Under the pieces are notes generated by a model. The model made no database searches, was not told where the DNA came from, and saw nothing but the letters and a program-made list of their open reading frames with translations. Of a DNA stretch of 64,000 bases, positions 14,502 through 32,253 are shown in pieces. A program made the position numbers and the translations under genes. Within the stretch, counting starts at the first letter, position 1, and each line of letters begins with the position of its first letter. The DNA is from Octopus vulgaris (lineage: Eukaryota): NCBI GenBank assembly GCA_951406725.2, contig OX597816.1, forward strand, positions 93,186,001-93,250,000. Direction: 5' to 3'.

Positions 14502-15833
14502 AGGGGGAAAAACTAGAAGTAGTTGATAGCTTCCGTTATCTAGGTGACCAAGTCAGTAGTGGGGGTGGGTGCGCTGAGAGTGTAACTGCTAGAATAAGAA
14601 TAGCCTGGGCAAAGTTTAGGGAGCTCTTACCTCTGCTGGTGACTAAAGGCCTCTCGCTCAGAGTAAAAGGCAGACTGTATGATGCATGTGTACGAACTGC
14701 CATGCTACATAGCAGTGAAACATGGGCCGTGACTGCTGAGGACATGCGTAAGCTCATGAGGAATGAAGCCAGTATGCTCCGATGGATGTGTAATGTCAGT
14801 GTACTTATTCGACAGAGCGTTAGTGCCTTGAGAGAAATGTTGTACCTAAGAAGCATCAGTTATGGTGTGCAAGAGAGATGATTGCACTGGTATGGTCATG
14901 TGGCGAGAATGGATGAAGATAGGTGTGTGAGAAAGTGCCAATCCCTAGCAGTTGAGGGAACCCGTGGAAGAGGTAGACCCAGGAAAACCTGGGACGAGGT
15001 GGTGAAGCACGACCTTCGAACGTTAGGTCTCACCATGGAAATGACTAGAGACCGAGACCTATGGAAGTATGCTGTGCATGAGAAGACCCGGCAAGACTAG
15101 TGAAGCCATAACCCGTGGCCCCTACCTGGGACGTAGTCAGTCCACCTGTGCATACCTTCCTTCTTGTGACACTTGTGAAGACCTGTTGAGGCAAGTGAAA
15201 ATCAAATCAAATCAAAACAAATCAAAACAAATCAAAATAGATGAACATCAATGGAAATTGTATCCTTGTGGTACCAGTGCCGGTGGCACATAAGAAAACC
15301 ATTCGAACGTGGCCGTAGCCAGTACCGCATCGACTGGCCTCTGTGCTGTGGGCACGTAACAAACACCATCCGATCGTGGCCGTTCGCCAGCCTCGTCTGG
15401 CACCTGTGTCGGTGGCACATAAAAAACATCATCCGAGCATGGCCGTCTGCCAGCCTCGTCTGGCACCTGTGTCGGTGGCACATAAAAAACACCATCCGAG
15501 CGTGACCGTCTGCCAGCCTCGTCTGGCACCTGTGTCGGTGGCACATAAAAAACACCATCCGAGCGTGACCGTCTGCCAGCCTCGTCTGGCACCTGTGTCG
15601 GTGACACATAAAAAACACCATCCGAGCTTGGCCGTCTGCCAGCCTCGTCTGGCACTTGTGTCGGTGGCACATAAAATCACCCACTACACTCTCGGAGTGG
15701 TTGGCGTTAGGAAGGGCATCCAGCTGTAGAAACACTGCCAGATCTGACTGGCCTGACCCCAGTTGAACCGTCCAACCCATGCTAGCATGGAAAGCGGACG
15801 TTAAACGATGATGATGATGATGATGATGATGAT
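14502..15833 (+). mobile_element. 5'-truncated RTE-clade LINE (ORF C-terminus, 3' UTR, (GAT)n tail)
   Basis: LEVVDSFRYLGD...RIRIAWAKFRELLPLL...AMLHSSETW...WYGHVARM...RGRGRPRKTW to the stop at 15100 with one internal stop; ends ACGTTAAAC(GAT)n. Confidence 0.92.
15355..15669 (+). repeat. 63-bp minisatellite, about 5 copies, in the RTE 3' UTR
   Basis: Unit CATAAAAAACACCATCCGAGCGTGACCGTCTGCCAGCCTCGTCTGGCACCTGTGTCGGTGGCA at 15418, 15481, 15544 and 15607, with a variant copy at 15355. Confidence 0.92.
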
Positions 15834-15936
15834 ATATATTCCATGCTGGTTTATAAACACCTTCCAGGTTGCAATTGTTTTCATTCCAGCACACGATCTT
15901 AGATCAGGTCACTTGCTATGCAAGTACATCTCTGTA

Positions 15937-20700
<4,764 letters not shown>

Positions 20701-21405
20701 CAGGAGAATAAAGTTCACAAGTCATCTTTTCCAGAGGGTATGGAGGTTGGTCTGTACTTTTGTGAAGGCAATATTTTGAATGATGCTTTCATGTTGAAGT
20801 AATGGATTAAGTGGTTAGCTAGTATGTAAATGGTTCACATGTGTATATAGAGTGAGAACGACAGACATCAAGATAGACTGAAATAGGCTGTGAGTAAATA
20901 GAAGAGAGAGGAGAAAGAGAGAAAAAGGAATGGGATGGGTGTGGGAAAGAATGAATGAGAGTGAAGGTAAAGTACAATCAAAAATCGAAATCAAAATAAG
21001 AAATAAAAAATAGAAATAAAGATAAGATTCCAGTATTATTTTCCATCAGGCGTTAAGTTTTGGTGAAGTGGAGGAGGGAGGTATTTGTGTCTATTAATTA
21101 AATAGATTAATTCTAGGTTGGGTGTGGTCTGAGAGAAATAATTAGTTCAGTGGTCAGTAGGGATAGATAAAAATAGATGTCTAGCTTAAGTGGGTATACA
21201 TAGAATAAAACTGCAATTAAATGGATAAAAGACACAAATTAAAGAACTAAAAATTAAAAATTAAAGGTTAAATTGAAAAGTTAAAACATTAAAGTGTTAA
21301 AGAATTAAAGCTTGCTAGCTTCTAAGATACTTACGTTGACAGAGAAGAAAATGAAAAGAAAAACGCACGTGTATTGTGATGACCGTGGATGCATATGGGC
21401 AAGTG

Positions 21406-21790
21406 TTATGTGCGCTGATTTTGCTTGCATTTGGACCTATGGAAGAATCTAAAGGTGCGATAGAACTTATGCTTACATGTAGAGAATGCTTTGTGTGGTT
21501 TACTGAGTAATGGCGGTGAATTATGAATTAATATTCGGAGAGCTTCTTTCAGGCAGAGTCCACATGTTGGGTGCTGGCCTTGATATGGGACACCAGAATC
21601 TATTATAGCCCAGGATATCCTATATGGTATTTTCATGTTTATCAGATAGTGATTGGCTAGGGACATGAATTTGCTATGCTCCTCATACTTAAATGAGTTT
21701 AGATGTACAAATCTCTGTTTAAAATTAATAGTAGACCCGATGTAGTAGCTAGTAGAGTTATGTAAAGTTTTGGACAATACTACGTTAAAC
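21406..21790 (-). mobile_element. Penelope-like element, GIY-YIG endonuclease remnant
   Basis: YYIGSTINFKQRF..HLNSF...SLANH...YRISWAII...CGLCLKE...CKHK follows the PLE endonuclease pattern (YIG.T..FK.R..H..SF; C.LC..E). Confidence 0.8.
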
Positions 21791-22054
21791 CTTCTGCAGA
21801 GGGCTTGCAGTGAGCATTAACTTAATTCCAACTACCTAAATAGATATAATAATAACATAGGTCAATGCAGTGAAAACACTAACACCGAACATGATAACAT
21901 GTACTTCACCCGTAATCCTAGCACTATACCGGCATAAACCAAGATATGAATATCTCCTCTTTCGAGGAAGGTTGGAAAATGGCTAAAACGAATGTTAATA
22001 CTAACAGCATTACTATTACTAATGCTAATAACTCTAGCACCATCACTACTGCCA

Positions 22055-22059
22055 TTACC

Positions 22060-22140
<81 letters not shown>
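22055..22140. repeat. Compound (CAC)n(TAC)n(TAA)n microsatellite
   Basis: Directly visible. Confidence 0.95.
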
Positions 22141-22142
<2 letters not shown>

Positions 22143-23063
22143 GGGCCAATCCCCTAATGCCACCCTAAACTTTAACTTGTCGATAAATATCAAACTGAAT
22201 AAAAAGTAAGCAACGTTTTGAAACATGAAATTCACCACAATATATTTCAACAATGCAGAAATGTTATTCACCAAAGTAAGTACCATTACAATCAGCACAT
22301 TTTTGCCAATGAGTTACAAGTTTGTTTATTCAGGTAACATAAAAATTTGGAGTTCTGGAGCTGATGAACTCGTTGAACGCACTTTCAGCATCGGCTTGAT
22401 TTTTGGATTCCTTCATTCGTACGAAACCATCAAGGTGTTTGAAAAAGTGGTAGTCGGTAGAAGAAATGTCTGGGGAATAAGCTGGGAGGAGAAGAACATC
22501 GTAGCCAAGTTCCCTCAACTTATGGAGCATCATTAGTGTGATCGAACATTGTCATGAAGAATGATTGGCCTTCTTCTGATGACCAGTCTGGGACGGAGGA
22601 GTAGCAGTTTTCCGTTCATTTTGGCAATTTCATGGCAATATGTTTCTGCAGTAATGGTTTTTCTGGGTTTTAAAATGTTATAGTGGATGAGTCCAGCAGT
22701 ACACCACCAAACAGTCACAGTAACCTTCTTTTTGAAGCGCTCAGGTTTAGAGAAGGTTTTCGGTGCTTCATTTTGGTCCAACCACTGAGAAGAACCTTTT
22801 ATTTTTATTATTGTACAGAATCCAATTTTCATCACAAGTTACAATACGGTCGAGAAATGGAACGTTCTGGTTACGGAGAAGAAGCGACAATCATATTTCA
22901 TATCTGCGCATTTTCTAATTTTCCTTCAAATCGTGTGGTACCCATTTGTCAAGCTTTATTGATTTTCCAATCGCATGCAAATGGTTGCAGGCAGTTTTCT
23001 AGCTAACTTGAAGTTCTTTTGCCAGTTCTCGAGTGGTTTTACATGAAACTTTCTCAATGACGA

Positions 23064-23651
23064 TGTAGTGACCCTATAGCGGTGCGCGCTCGCGCACCGT
23101 CCATTTGTATTTCGCGCGTGTTGGTGCCTTTACCAAGGCACAGAAAGGAAGGGCCCTCTCGCGCATGCGCGAACCACCGGAAGCACGACCCTGGCCAAGG
23201 CAGAGGGATCGTAGAACGTTTGACCGCTAGCAGCAGCAGCGGCGACTTGGGACAGCAGCGACCTAAGGAGCAGGACGTTAATATTTTCTCTCCGTTCGAA
23301 CTGATTCTAGCAGTCCTTACCAAAAGGCCTTTAACCTGGATTGTTGCAGACATCATCTTCTTCCTCTGGACGCCATTTTGACCCGTTCTGTTTTTGGCGG
23401 TGTAATATTGTAAATATTACAATCGATTAACTTTCAGCCTTGCGCGCCCAGAACCAAGGACATCAGATAACACACTTATTGTTATTGTTACCAAGAAAGA
23501 GAATAAAGTAGTTATATGTATATTTTACGTCTGCGTCTTGTTGTTTCTGACTGGTAGAATTCTGGATTATTAAAGCAACGGCTAGTGAGTGATTGCTTTC
23601 TTGTACCCCGAAAGTACAAGATAGATAAACACTCACACCAAGTTCGTTACA
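23064..23651 (+). repeat. 5' LTR, 588 bp
   Basis: TGTAGTGACC...TTCGTTACA; contains AATAAA near 23503; near-identical to 25189-25809. Confidence 0.95.
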
Positions 23652-23652
23652 C

Positions 23653-23673
23653 TGGTGGACCCCCGACGTGATT
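23653..23673 (+). promoter_or_regulatory. Primer-binding site complementary to tRNA-Trp
   Basis: TGGTGGACCCCCGACGTGATT, 1 nt after the LTR; the canonical tRNA-Trp PBS is TGGTGACCCCGACGTGAT (two extra homopolymer bases here). Confidence 0.88.
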
Positions 23674-25177
23674 CTGGTCTAAAACCAGAGATCACTTAAC
23701 AACAAAAAAATCCAGTTTTTCTGCGAAGTCGGAACACGATTTAACTCTACGCATTCATCTTTCGACGATTTGTTTCCGGCCACTACAAACAGTTGTAGAA
23801 GGAGCCTCTTTCTTCTTCTACAGCCATGATGACGGACGCCATCATATATTCGATGCCTTTTCTCCGCCTTCGTCATCATCATCGTCGTCTGTCTACTTCA
23901 CGTCGTCGCCATCATCACTAAGAACGATGTTGTCTCAAGTCCACTCCAGTCGCCTTCCTCCACCACCGTCGCTTTCAACACCGTCGACCTCCACCAAGAT
24001 GTACATAGCAACTCGCGGAAGTTTGGTCCACTTGCCGTTTGTGCATTAGCACACCAAGAATTCACAGCCCAGCACTATCTACGAGATTTCTTCTGTTCCA
24101 GTTAACCTGTCACAGCATTGAAGCCACAACCGCTACACGATATGTGTTCAATCGGCATCTGCATTTGTGATTTCAACATTTCTGTTACAGAACGAACTGC
24201 TATTGTGCATCAGGCTATTACAGACTGGTAATTAACTCTTGTCTGGAATAGCACTTGAGAGACATTTTTTTCTATGCGCTGTATTTTTTGTATTTTGCTC
24301 GCATTCACCTTGTATGTATTTCTGTCGCACACACGTACACACACATAAATGATCTCTCTCACATACATACGTCACACATGCTTTTCTCGCTTGTTTTTTC
24401 CATGCTAAATTTGCCTTTTGTGGACACCCCTCATTTCTATAGACCCTAGGGGTCACGTATACATAGAGAGGGTTGTTTGTTCATTATAACGCGCCAGCAT
24501 GTCATACCTTTGTTCCTGTACGAACGAGGCATATAATCGCTCAACCACTGGCATATTCATTGCTGTTTTTCGGTCTGGCAAGCTCTATTGCATTTCATGC
24601 ACCTTTGCTTCGCACGTGTATTGCCTTGTTTTTTGCAACACGTTTGCAGTAGCTTAGTTTTTTTTTCCCGACTAATAGGACGTCGGATGTTCACATGCGC
24701 TGCGCCTATGTATGGGCGTAATTATTTTTCCCTGTTAGACCACTGTTGGTCACGTAAATAACAGAAAATTATCTGTGTCGCGCATCACACCAGCATGTTT
24801 GCACTTTTGCCTTTTGTGTTACTAGCGAGCTTCTGTCAATTCCATTTCCTCTCCTGCAGCAATTGATTTAACTGCTATTTTGCAGGATCAACCTCCTTTA
24901 GAGAAGTTGGATTTTAATTTCGCCTAGGTACATTAACTGTGAGTTTGCTTTCCCTCCGCTCCTTTCAGCGGAAGGGTTTATACTTTTGTGACGTATACAC
25001 TTTCATGCATGCACTCTTGATTTTTGCTCATTGAGTATTTTTTCTCTTTTTCCTTTAGTAAATTTCTTGTGTATGTTATAAATTTTGCCATTATATTATT
25101 GTGTGCTATTTGGTTATCTGGTGTCCACCTTGAGTTTTGCAGTCACTACAATAAGTTTCCTTTCGTGCGTACGCACT

Positions 25178-25186
25178 GGAGGGGAG
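25178..25186 (+). promoter_or_regulatory. Polypurine tract
   Basis: GGAGGGGAG, 2 nt before the 3' LTR. Confidence 0.85.
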
Positions 25187-25188
25187 CC

Positions 25189-25809
25189 TGTAGTGACCCT
25201 ATAGCGGTGCGCGCTCGCGCACCGTCCATTTGTATTTCGCGCGTGTTGGTGCCTTTACCAAGGCACAGAAAGGAAGGGCCCTCTCGCGCATGCGCGAACC
25301 ACCGGAAGCACGACCCTGGCCAAGGCAGGGGGATCGTAGAACGTTTGACCGCTAGCAGCAGCAGCGGCGACTTGGGACAGCAGCGACGTTAATATTTTCT
25401 CTCCGTTCGAACAGGACGTTAATAGGAGCAGGACGTTAATATTTTCTCTCCGTTCGAACTGATTCTAGCAGTCCTTACCAAAAGGCCTTTAACCTGGATT
25501 GTTGCAGACATCATCTTCTTCCTCTGGACGCCATTTTGACCCGTTCTGTTTTTGGCGGTGTAATATTGTAAATATTACAATCGATTAACTTTCAGCCTTG
25601 CGCGCCCAGAACCAAGGACATCAGATAACACACTTATTGTTATTGTTACCAAGAAAGAGAATAAAGTAGTTATATGTATATCTTACGTCTGCCTCTTGTT
25701 GTTTCTGACTGGTAGAATTCTGGATTATTAAAGCAACGGCTAGTGAGTGATTGCTTTCTTGTACCCCGAAAGTACAAGATAGATAAACACTCACACCAAG
25801 TTCGTTACA
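25189..25809 (+). repeat. 3' LTR, 621 bp
   Basis: Same as the 5' LTR except three substitutions seen by eye and one net +33-bp complex insertion. Confidence 0.95.
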
Positions 25810-26089
25810 ACGATCTTTAATTGACTGTCATCGATGACAGATGGGCTTCTACTACGCTCACGACATTCAAGGCTAAGGCCTTCACTGCGAAAGCGTTTAA
25901 ACCATTTTCGAGCTGACCACTCACTGGTTATTTCCTCAGCGAACATTTCGTTGATCTCACGGGTAGTTTCAGCTGCTTTATGTCCTTTCTCGAAGTTGAA
26001 TAGCAAAATTTCTCGAATATTGTGCTTTGACAGTTCCATTTCAGATGATTGTAACAACGGTGAAAAAATATCAAAAATTCCTCACAAGT

Positions 26090-27180
26090 GCTAAATTACC
26101 TTCTACAATTCCTACACCAACGGCCAAAAAATGTGGGCTCCCCTGCTGTGGGACTTGCATCTACCTTATTGAAGGCACAACATATAAATTTAAATCAGGA
26201 TAGGCTTTTACCGTAAAAAAATCACTTTACATGTTCTTCAAGGAATCTGATACGTGCTATCAAATGTCAAGGATGAAATGAAGATTACATAAGTCAAACA
26301 AAGCTTACTCTAAGAAATAGACTGACCATTCAGCGACAGCAAATACGAAACCCCAGTACTAAATAGATCCCACTGAGTGATCACATAGACATATGTGCAA
26401 AAAATAAGTTTCCCAAATTCTAGGTCTTCCTATTCTACCTATGTTCAGCGAATACTACAGATGAAGCACAGATAAACAAAGAAAATACTTTCATAAAAAA
26501 GTACAAACCAAAACTTAAACTTTAACAGAGAACATACTCAAATAACTATTCACACACAAAATTAATTCTGCCACTTATTATGAAGAAGCTACGCAGCTAA
26601 CAACCTAAATTTTAACCATTGAACTGCATACAAACTACTCCTGTCCACTCTTCCACCAGACAGATTAAATTTGGACTATCTTGATAATAACTAAACATGT
26701 TCTCTCAACCGTGTCGGCCTTCCTTTTAGGTACAAAATATAGTCATATGACACTAACGCACAGACGTAGCAGGAAACAAACAAAAGGTTATAAACTTAAT
26801 CATGTGTTCATTCTCTACAAACACTTGACAGAAAACATTCAGAGCATTGATTGTTTGGACATGTTCAGTCAACCGTGTCAGCTTTAACTTACTACGCCAA
26901 ACATTGTCACTTGATAATGACACACAGACATAGCAGGGAACCTACAAAAATTTTTTAAACCAGTCATCACGTGACTATCCTCTACCAATCAAATCCTATT
27001 CAAAACATACTCTGTATAAAAACAGGACAAACTTCAAACCACTAGTCAGAAGCAAGACAGCTGTGACGTCTTTCTATTTGAACAAATCATTGTAAACTGT
27101 GAAATCAGTTAAAGCTTCAAATATTTTAATATAAAAATATATTAACTATTCTCAGTGTATTTTCAGCTTTTATTTTTCCA
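26090..27180 (+). mobile_element. Penelope-like element 3' portion (GIY-YIG remnant and downstream non-coding region)
   Basis: Frameshifted KKCGLPCCGTC...HFTCSSRNLI.AIKCQG*NEDYISQTKLTLRNRLTI...LSDHIDIC...KENTFIKKYKPKL*; two similar ~165-bp units follow at about 26690 and 26855. Confidence 0.78.
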
Positions 27181-27200
27181 ATATGTGTGTGTGTCTGTAA

Positions 27201-27239
<39 letters not shown>

Positions 27240-27242
27240 CAT

Positions 27243-27408
27243 ATGATGGGCTTCTTTCAGTTTCCTTCTACCAAATCCACTCGCAAGGCTTTGATTGGCC
27301 TGAGGCTATAGTAGAAGACACTTGATCAAGGTGTCATGCAGTGGGACTGAATCTGGAACCATGTGGTTGATAAGCAAGCTACTTACCACACAGCCATTCC
27401 TGCGCCTA
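27243..27408 (-). mobile_element. SINE family A, 5' half
   Basis: Homologous to 2678-2838. Confidence 0.8.
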
Positions 27409-29495
27409 GGTGATTGGAATTAATGTAATGGATTGTACACAATCTCAGATGGGCAGGAAGTGGTTAATAACTAATCCAAGAATGAAGTAATCTTTAATTT
27501 TCAAAGAGAAATCTGAAAATTTTAATAGAATTTTGAAATTTGGTAAATTTGATGTTCTCCCCAGAGTTATGAAGTCTAGTACATGTAGTTAATTGAATTC
27601 ATAAAGAGTTGTTGTTGTAATTCCTGTTGTTACTGCTGCTATTGGAGTAGCTATTATTTGGAAATAGTACAGTTGTGTATGCAGATGTGTGTGTGTCAGA
27701 GTATTTGTTTGCCTTTGTGCTTCTCTGAAAGCTTGTGAGCTAAAAGTGGTGATGTTGTCATACTTCATGTCAACATCAGCAGATAATATGCTAGTGTATC
27801 TTCAGAGACATATGAATGAAAGATTCCTTACTTAAGAAACAAGCAAGGGTTGGCAACTGGAAGGATATCAGTAATACATTAAAATAATGTCTCCATAATA
27901 TATTCATCTACATAGGCGAACACGGAGAATTTGGCTTAAAAATGAAATGACAAAATGAGTGGATTAGAGACACATTTTGCCAGCTAAAACACCTGAGTTG
28001 TAAGGACTGTTAGATATAATACGTAAATGCTATGTGATTAACTCCATCTTGTAATGGAATGGGCAGCACTTCACTTAGATAAGATTAATATTTAGAGTGA
28101 AAACTGCCGTTCAGATGTTGATTATTACTACTTAAAGAACTGCTGTCATCATCATAATCCTCAATTCATCATCATCAATGTGGTGTATAGCTTAGTGGGC
28201 AAGGTATTTGGTTCATGATCATAAGGTGTTGAGTTCGATTGTTAGTGGGATATTGTGTCCTTGAGCAAGACAATTTATTTCTCATTGTTCCACTCTGCTC
28301 AGCTGTCAAAAATTAGCTGTACTTGTAATTCAAAGAGCCAGCCTTGTCACATTCTGTGTTATGCTGAATCTCCTCAACAACAGCACAACTGTTTCTGTCC
28401 TCATTCTTGATCACTCTCTCTTTCCTCCTCTTGCTTTTCCCTCTGACTAGGTAACCAAGTATCTCCTTTACATCAGCACACCTGTTTCTGTCCTCTTCCT
28501 TGTACTTCACTCTCTCTCTGTTTCTCTCTTCTCTCTTCCTCTCACTCTCTCTCCTTCTCTCTTCCTCTATTTCTCTTCTCTCTTTCTCTCTATATTCTCC
28601 TTTCTCCCTCTCCCTCTCACTGATTAACCATGTACCTCTTCTATAGCAAGACATGCATAGCTGAAAGATTGCACATTTTATTAGATCAAAGAATTCCATA
28701 ACACTACTTAATTCCAAGTCCGAAATTTTCAGCAAATGCAAGCATATGGGCAAATTTCTTTTGTTGAACTGGAGGACACCATCCTCTCCAGATCGAGCAG
28801 CTGTCTCACAGACTTTGGACTCTTCTCCATTGAATTACTCAACACTTGCTAGTGGTGTAGAATATCATAGATTTGATTCATGAATTGGGTAGTTCATTGC
28901 ATTCTTGAGCAAAACCTCACTGTTTCAAATTTATCTGTGATCATTTTCATGTCTGATATGTAGTACATGGTGCACCTGTACAAGCCATGTTGACTTGGAG
29001 GAAGTGTGCTTACATGTAGCACAAACATTTGATCACTATTAGCAAATCATCAGTGCATGTGGTTCAGTAAGTCACAAACCTCTCAGTTGTCATTTACAAC
29101 ATATTTACAATATATGTATGTACATATGTATTCATGCATTATGTATGTATGTATGCATATATATGTATATATTGTGTGTGTGTGTGTGAGCTCCATGTGT
29201 ATGCATATTTTAATCTCAACTCTTTGCATAAAACCATCTCCCTTTCTACTATACTACCACTCAAATGTAGGGATCTTTTTTATGTTGTGAGTTACATGGT
29301 AACCTAACTAGAGCTGGTACCATGTAAAAGAAGACACCTAGTACACTTTAAAGTGGCTGGCATGAGGAAGGGCAGCCAACCATAGAAGTTGTGCCCAAAC
29401 AAGCACTGGAACATGATGCAGTCCTCCAGCTTGGAGGGTCCTGGTAAACCATCCAACCCATGGCATGATGATGATGATGTAGATGTAGATATCTT

Positions 29496-29762
<267 letters not shown>

Positions 29763-30449
29763 TCTAGGGTGAACATGGAATATAGAATTAGGTGCTGCTG
29801 GAACTCTCAACTCCTGATTGAGATGTTTGTATCTAGAGCATCTTAAACCCTGATGAGGGCCATCCCACTACAAGTTTGAACACAACCATTTGATGCAAAG
29901 AGAATGTGTGAGATGGAGAACGAGAGAGAGTAAGAGAGAGAGTGTGTGTGTGTATGTGCGTGTGTGTGTGTGTGCGAGAGATTGAGAGAAAGAGGAAAAA
30001 GAGAGTGAAAGAGGTGGATAAAAAAACAACCCAGTACTTGACTGGTACTTCATCAATCTCAAAAGATGGAAAACATAGTTAACCTTGGCAGGATTTGAAC
30101 TCAGTGTGCAGAAATCCAAAACAAATACTACAAAGTATTCCATCCCACTCTCATACAGTGTGGCAAGGGCAAACTTTACTGAGAAGCATGCCACATAAGT
30201 CATAGCTCACCACCAAGTGGGCTCACTACTAAATAAACACAAAGAATTTTTCATCAGATGTACCACTCAGAAAGTCCCACAGGCCACATACAGCCTATGA
30301 CTGTCCCAGTGACTGCCAGTTGATGGAGATATTATGTATATTCTTCAAATACTCAGTAAAATACATTCGGTGAATTTGAATTCAAGAGTTGGTTTTATGC
30401 AAAGAGTTGGTGCTTTAATATCTTATCCACTTCATTATTTTCCTCTTCT

Positions 30450-30668
30450 AAGGTGGTGAGCTGGTAGAATCATTAGCATACTGGACAAAATGCTTAGTGA
30501 TGTTTTGTCCATTTTTATGTTCTGAGTTCAAATTCCACTAAGGTCAACTTTGGCTTTCATCCTTTTGAGGTCAATGAAATAAGAACCAGTCAAGCAATGG
30601 AGTCGATGTGTTCAACTATCTCCTTCCCACAAAATTCCAGGCCTTGTGCCTAATAGTAGAAAGGATTA
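30450..30668 (+). mobile_element. SINE family B
   Basis: Homologous to 8826-9012 and to the reverse complement of 49600-49790. Confidence 0.78.
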
Positions 30669-32253
30669 TTTTTCATTTGTGAGGGTCATAATAAACAAAT
30701 ACAAAATCTTTCACGTTCTGCCCAATTCTGTAGAACTTGAAACTGGCTAACCAACCAACTCGTCAGTCAATTATATTACTTGAAGGAAAACATATCAAAA
30801 TTAACAATTCATCAATAAACTGGCCTTTGTTAAGAAGAATTGGTTAACGACAGGCAAGACACTGGTTAGTGGCAGAGAGAGTGAGGTAGTTTTTCTCAAT
30901 CCATGCCAAATGGAAAATGAATGTAAAACCATTGATGTTGATGTGTGTTGAGATGTTACAGTAGTGGCATTGATAGTGGTGTTGGTGGTGATGGTGTTGG
31001 TGGGGGTAAAGATTGTGTTGATGTCAGTAGTGATGATAGTCGTGTCGGTGGTGATGACATGGTGGGTGGTAGTAATTGTAGTCAGTGTAGGAGAGGAGAT
31101 AGATGATAACTGATATGGTGTTTAAGTAGTTACTATGTGCATTTTACCTTTTGATTCTATTTTTGTTATCTTCTTCCCCCCCCCCCCCTTTTTTTTTTTC
31201 ATCCACCAAACATAGCCGACCTTGATGGAAGGGAATTATCAAAAGGGAGAAAGTTACTGACGTGTTAAATAATGACTAATCATTTGCTGGAATAAAACAT
31301 TTTATCTTGGAGAAAGGAAGAGGGAGATAATAATTTTTATCGACCAACTGTCAAAGCGAAATGGTGGTGGGATGGACGGTGGGGAAATAAAATACATTTT
31401 GCTGCTGCACATTCTTTTTACATCTTTCATCTGATTTTGGATAATCACAGGTCAGAAACAGGAAATAGAATTAACAACAGAATGTGAAAATAGCAACAGA
31501 AATGCAAGCATTGACTTTAATACAGGATGATGGAGACAGAAACAGAGAATGTGCTATTGTTGCCAGCTGCATTGATCAATGAAGGATGGTGTTATTTAGG
31601 TCACAGAACATTGAGATGCACAGTGTAACTTAAGGAATATAGATAACTAATGATGTATCATGGATGTAGATACAACATAGAGAAGAGTTCATAAGTCTGT
31701 GAGATAATAACTTACATATTCTCCATTTGTGTGTGAGGGGTGCATATGCGCACATGCATAAAAGCATATGTGAGAGAGTGGGTAAGTCTGGGGTTTGACT
31801 ATACTGTTCATATATATGGAATAATAGTATATGAGATTCAGTTTTGTATTCATACCAGAAGAGCATATTTTTGTACCTATCCTTATGGTTTTGTAGTTGA
31901 TTCACTTATAAATATCTCTCAATACAGCTTATGTCCCAAGTCTTATATTTAACAACTTGCCATATATGGTTTGTATATTCCTTGGTTAATATTCAAATAG
32001 AAAGTAAGAGAGTGAGCTCACAGAATTGTTAACTCTATGGGAAAAATGTTCGGTGACATTTCTTCTGTCTTTACATTCTGATTTCAAATTCCGCCGAGGT
32101 CGACTTTGTTTTCCATCTTTTAAGAGTTGATAAATTAAGTAGCAGTTGGGCACTGGGGACAATGTAATCGACTTACTCACCCAAAATTACTGGCCTTATG
32201 CTAAAATTTGAAACCAAAATTTATACACACACACATATATATATATAGATATA

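Larger units (their letters stand above)
23064..25809 (+). mobile_element. Non-autonomous Gypsy-type LTR retroelement, 2746 bp
   Basis: Two TG...CA LTRs, ACGA duplicated on both sides (23060-63, 25810-13), PBS and PPT present, 1.54-kb interior with no recognisable gag or pol. Confidence 0.95.
22190..26080 (-). mobile_element. Mariner transposon of a second family, interrupted by an LTR element; 5' TIR missing
   Basis: ATG at 26039, MELSKHNIREILLFNFEKGHKAAETTREIN; after removing the LTR element it continues DDSQLKIVIEK...KWVPHDL, CDENW, LHDNVRSH, YSPDISSTDYHFF (DD34D-type). 3' TIR TA|TCAAACTGAATAAAAAGTAAGCAAC, also seen as a fragment near 47235. Confidence 0.92.

Noticed and set aside
14480-14503. 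Splice-acceptor-like TTCTTTTTCATAG at the RTE 5' junction (exonisation)
   Set aside because: T-rich flanks are common here, the ORF has an internal stop, and no matching donor is evident.
15232-15894. Repetitive 21-aa ORFs, or a possible CRISPR-like array
   Set aside because: A head-to-tail 63-bp minisatellite without unique spacers, open in several frames, within a LINE 3' UTR.
23054-23381. ~100-aa ORFs on both strands, repeated at 25024-25392
   Set aside because: They lie in the GC-rich LTRs, have no recognisable domain, and one is disrupted by the LTR insertion.
23064-25809. LTR retrozyme hypothesis
   Set aside because: No CTGANGA...GAAA hammerhead core found by eye in either LTR on either strand.
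29848-29880. CTGATGA hammerhead seed
   Set aside because: No stem II followed by GAAA and no closing stem I.
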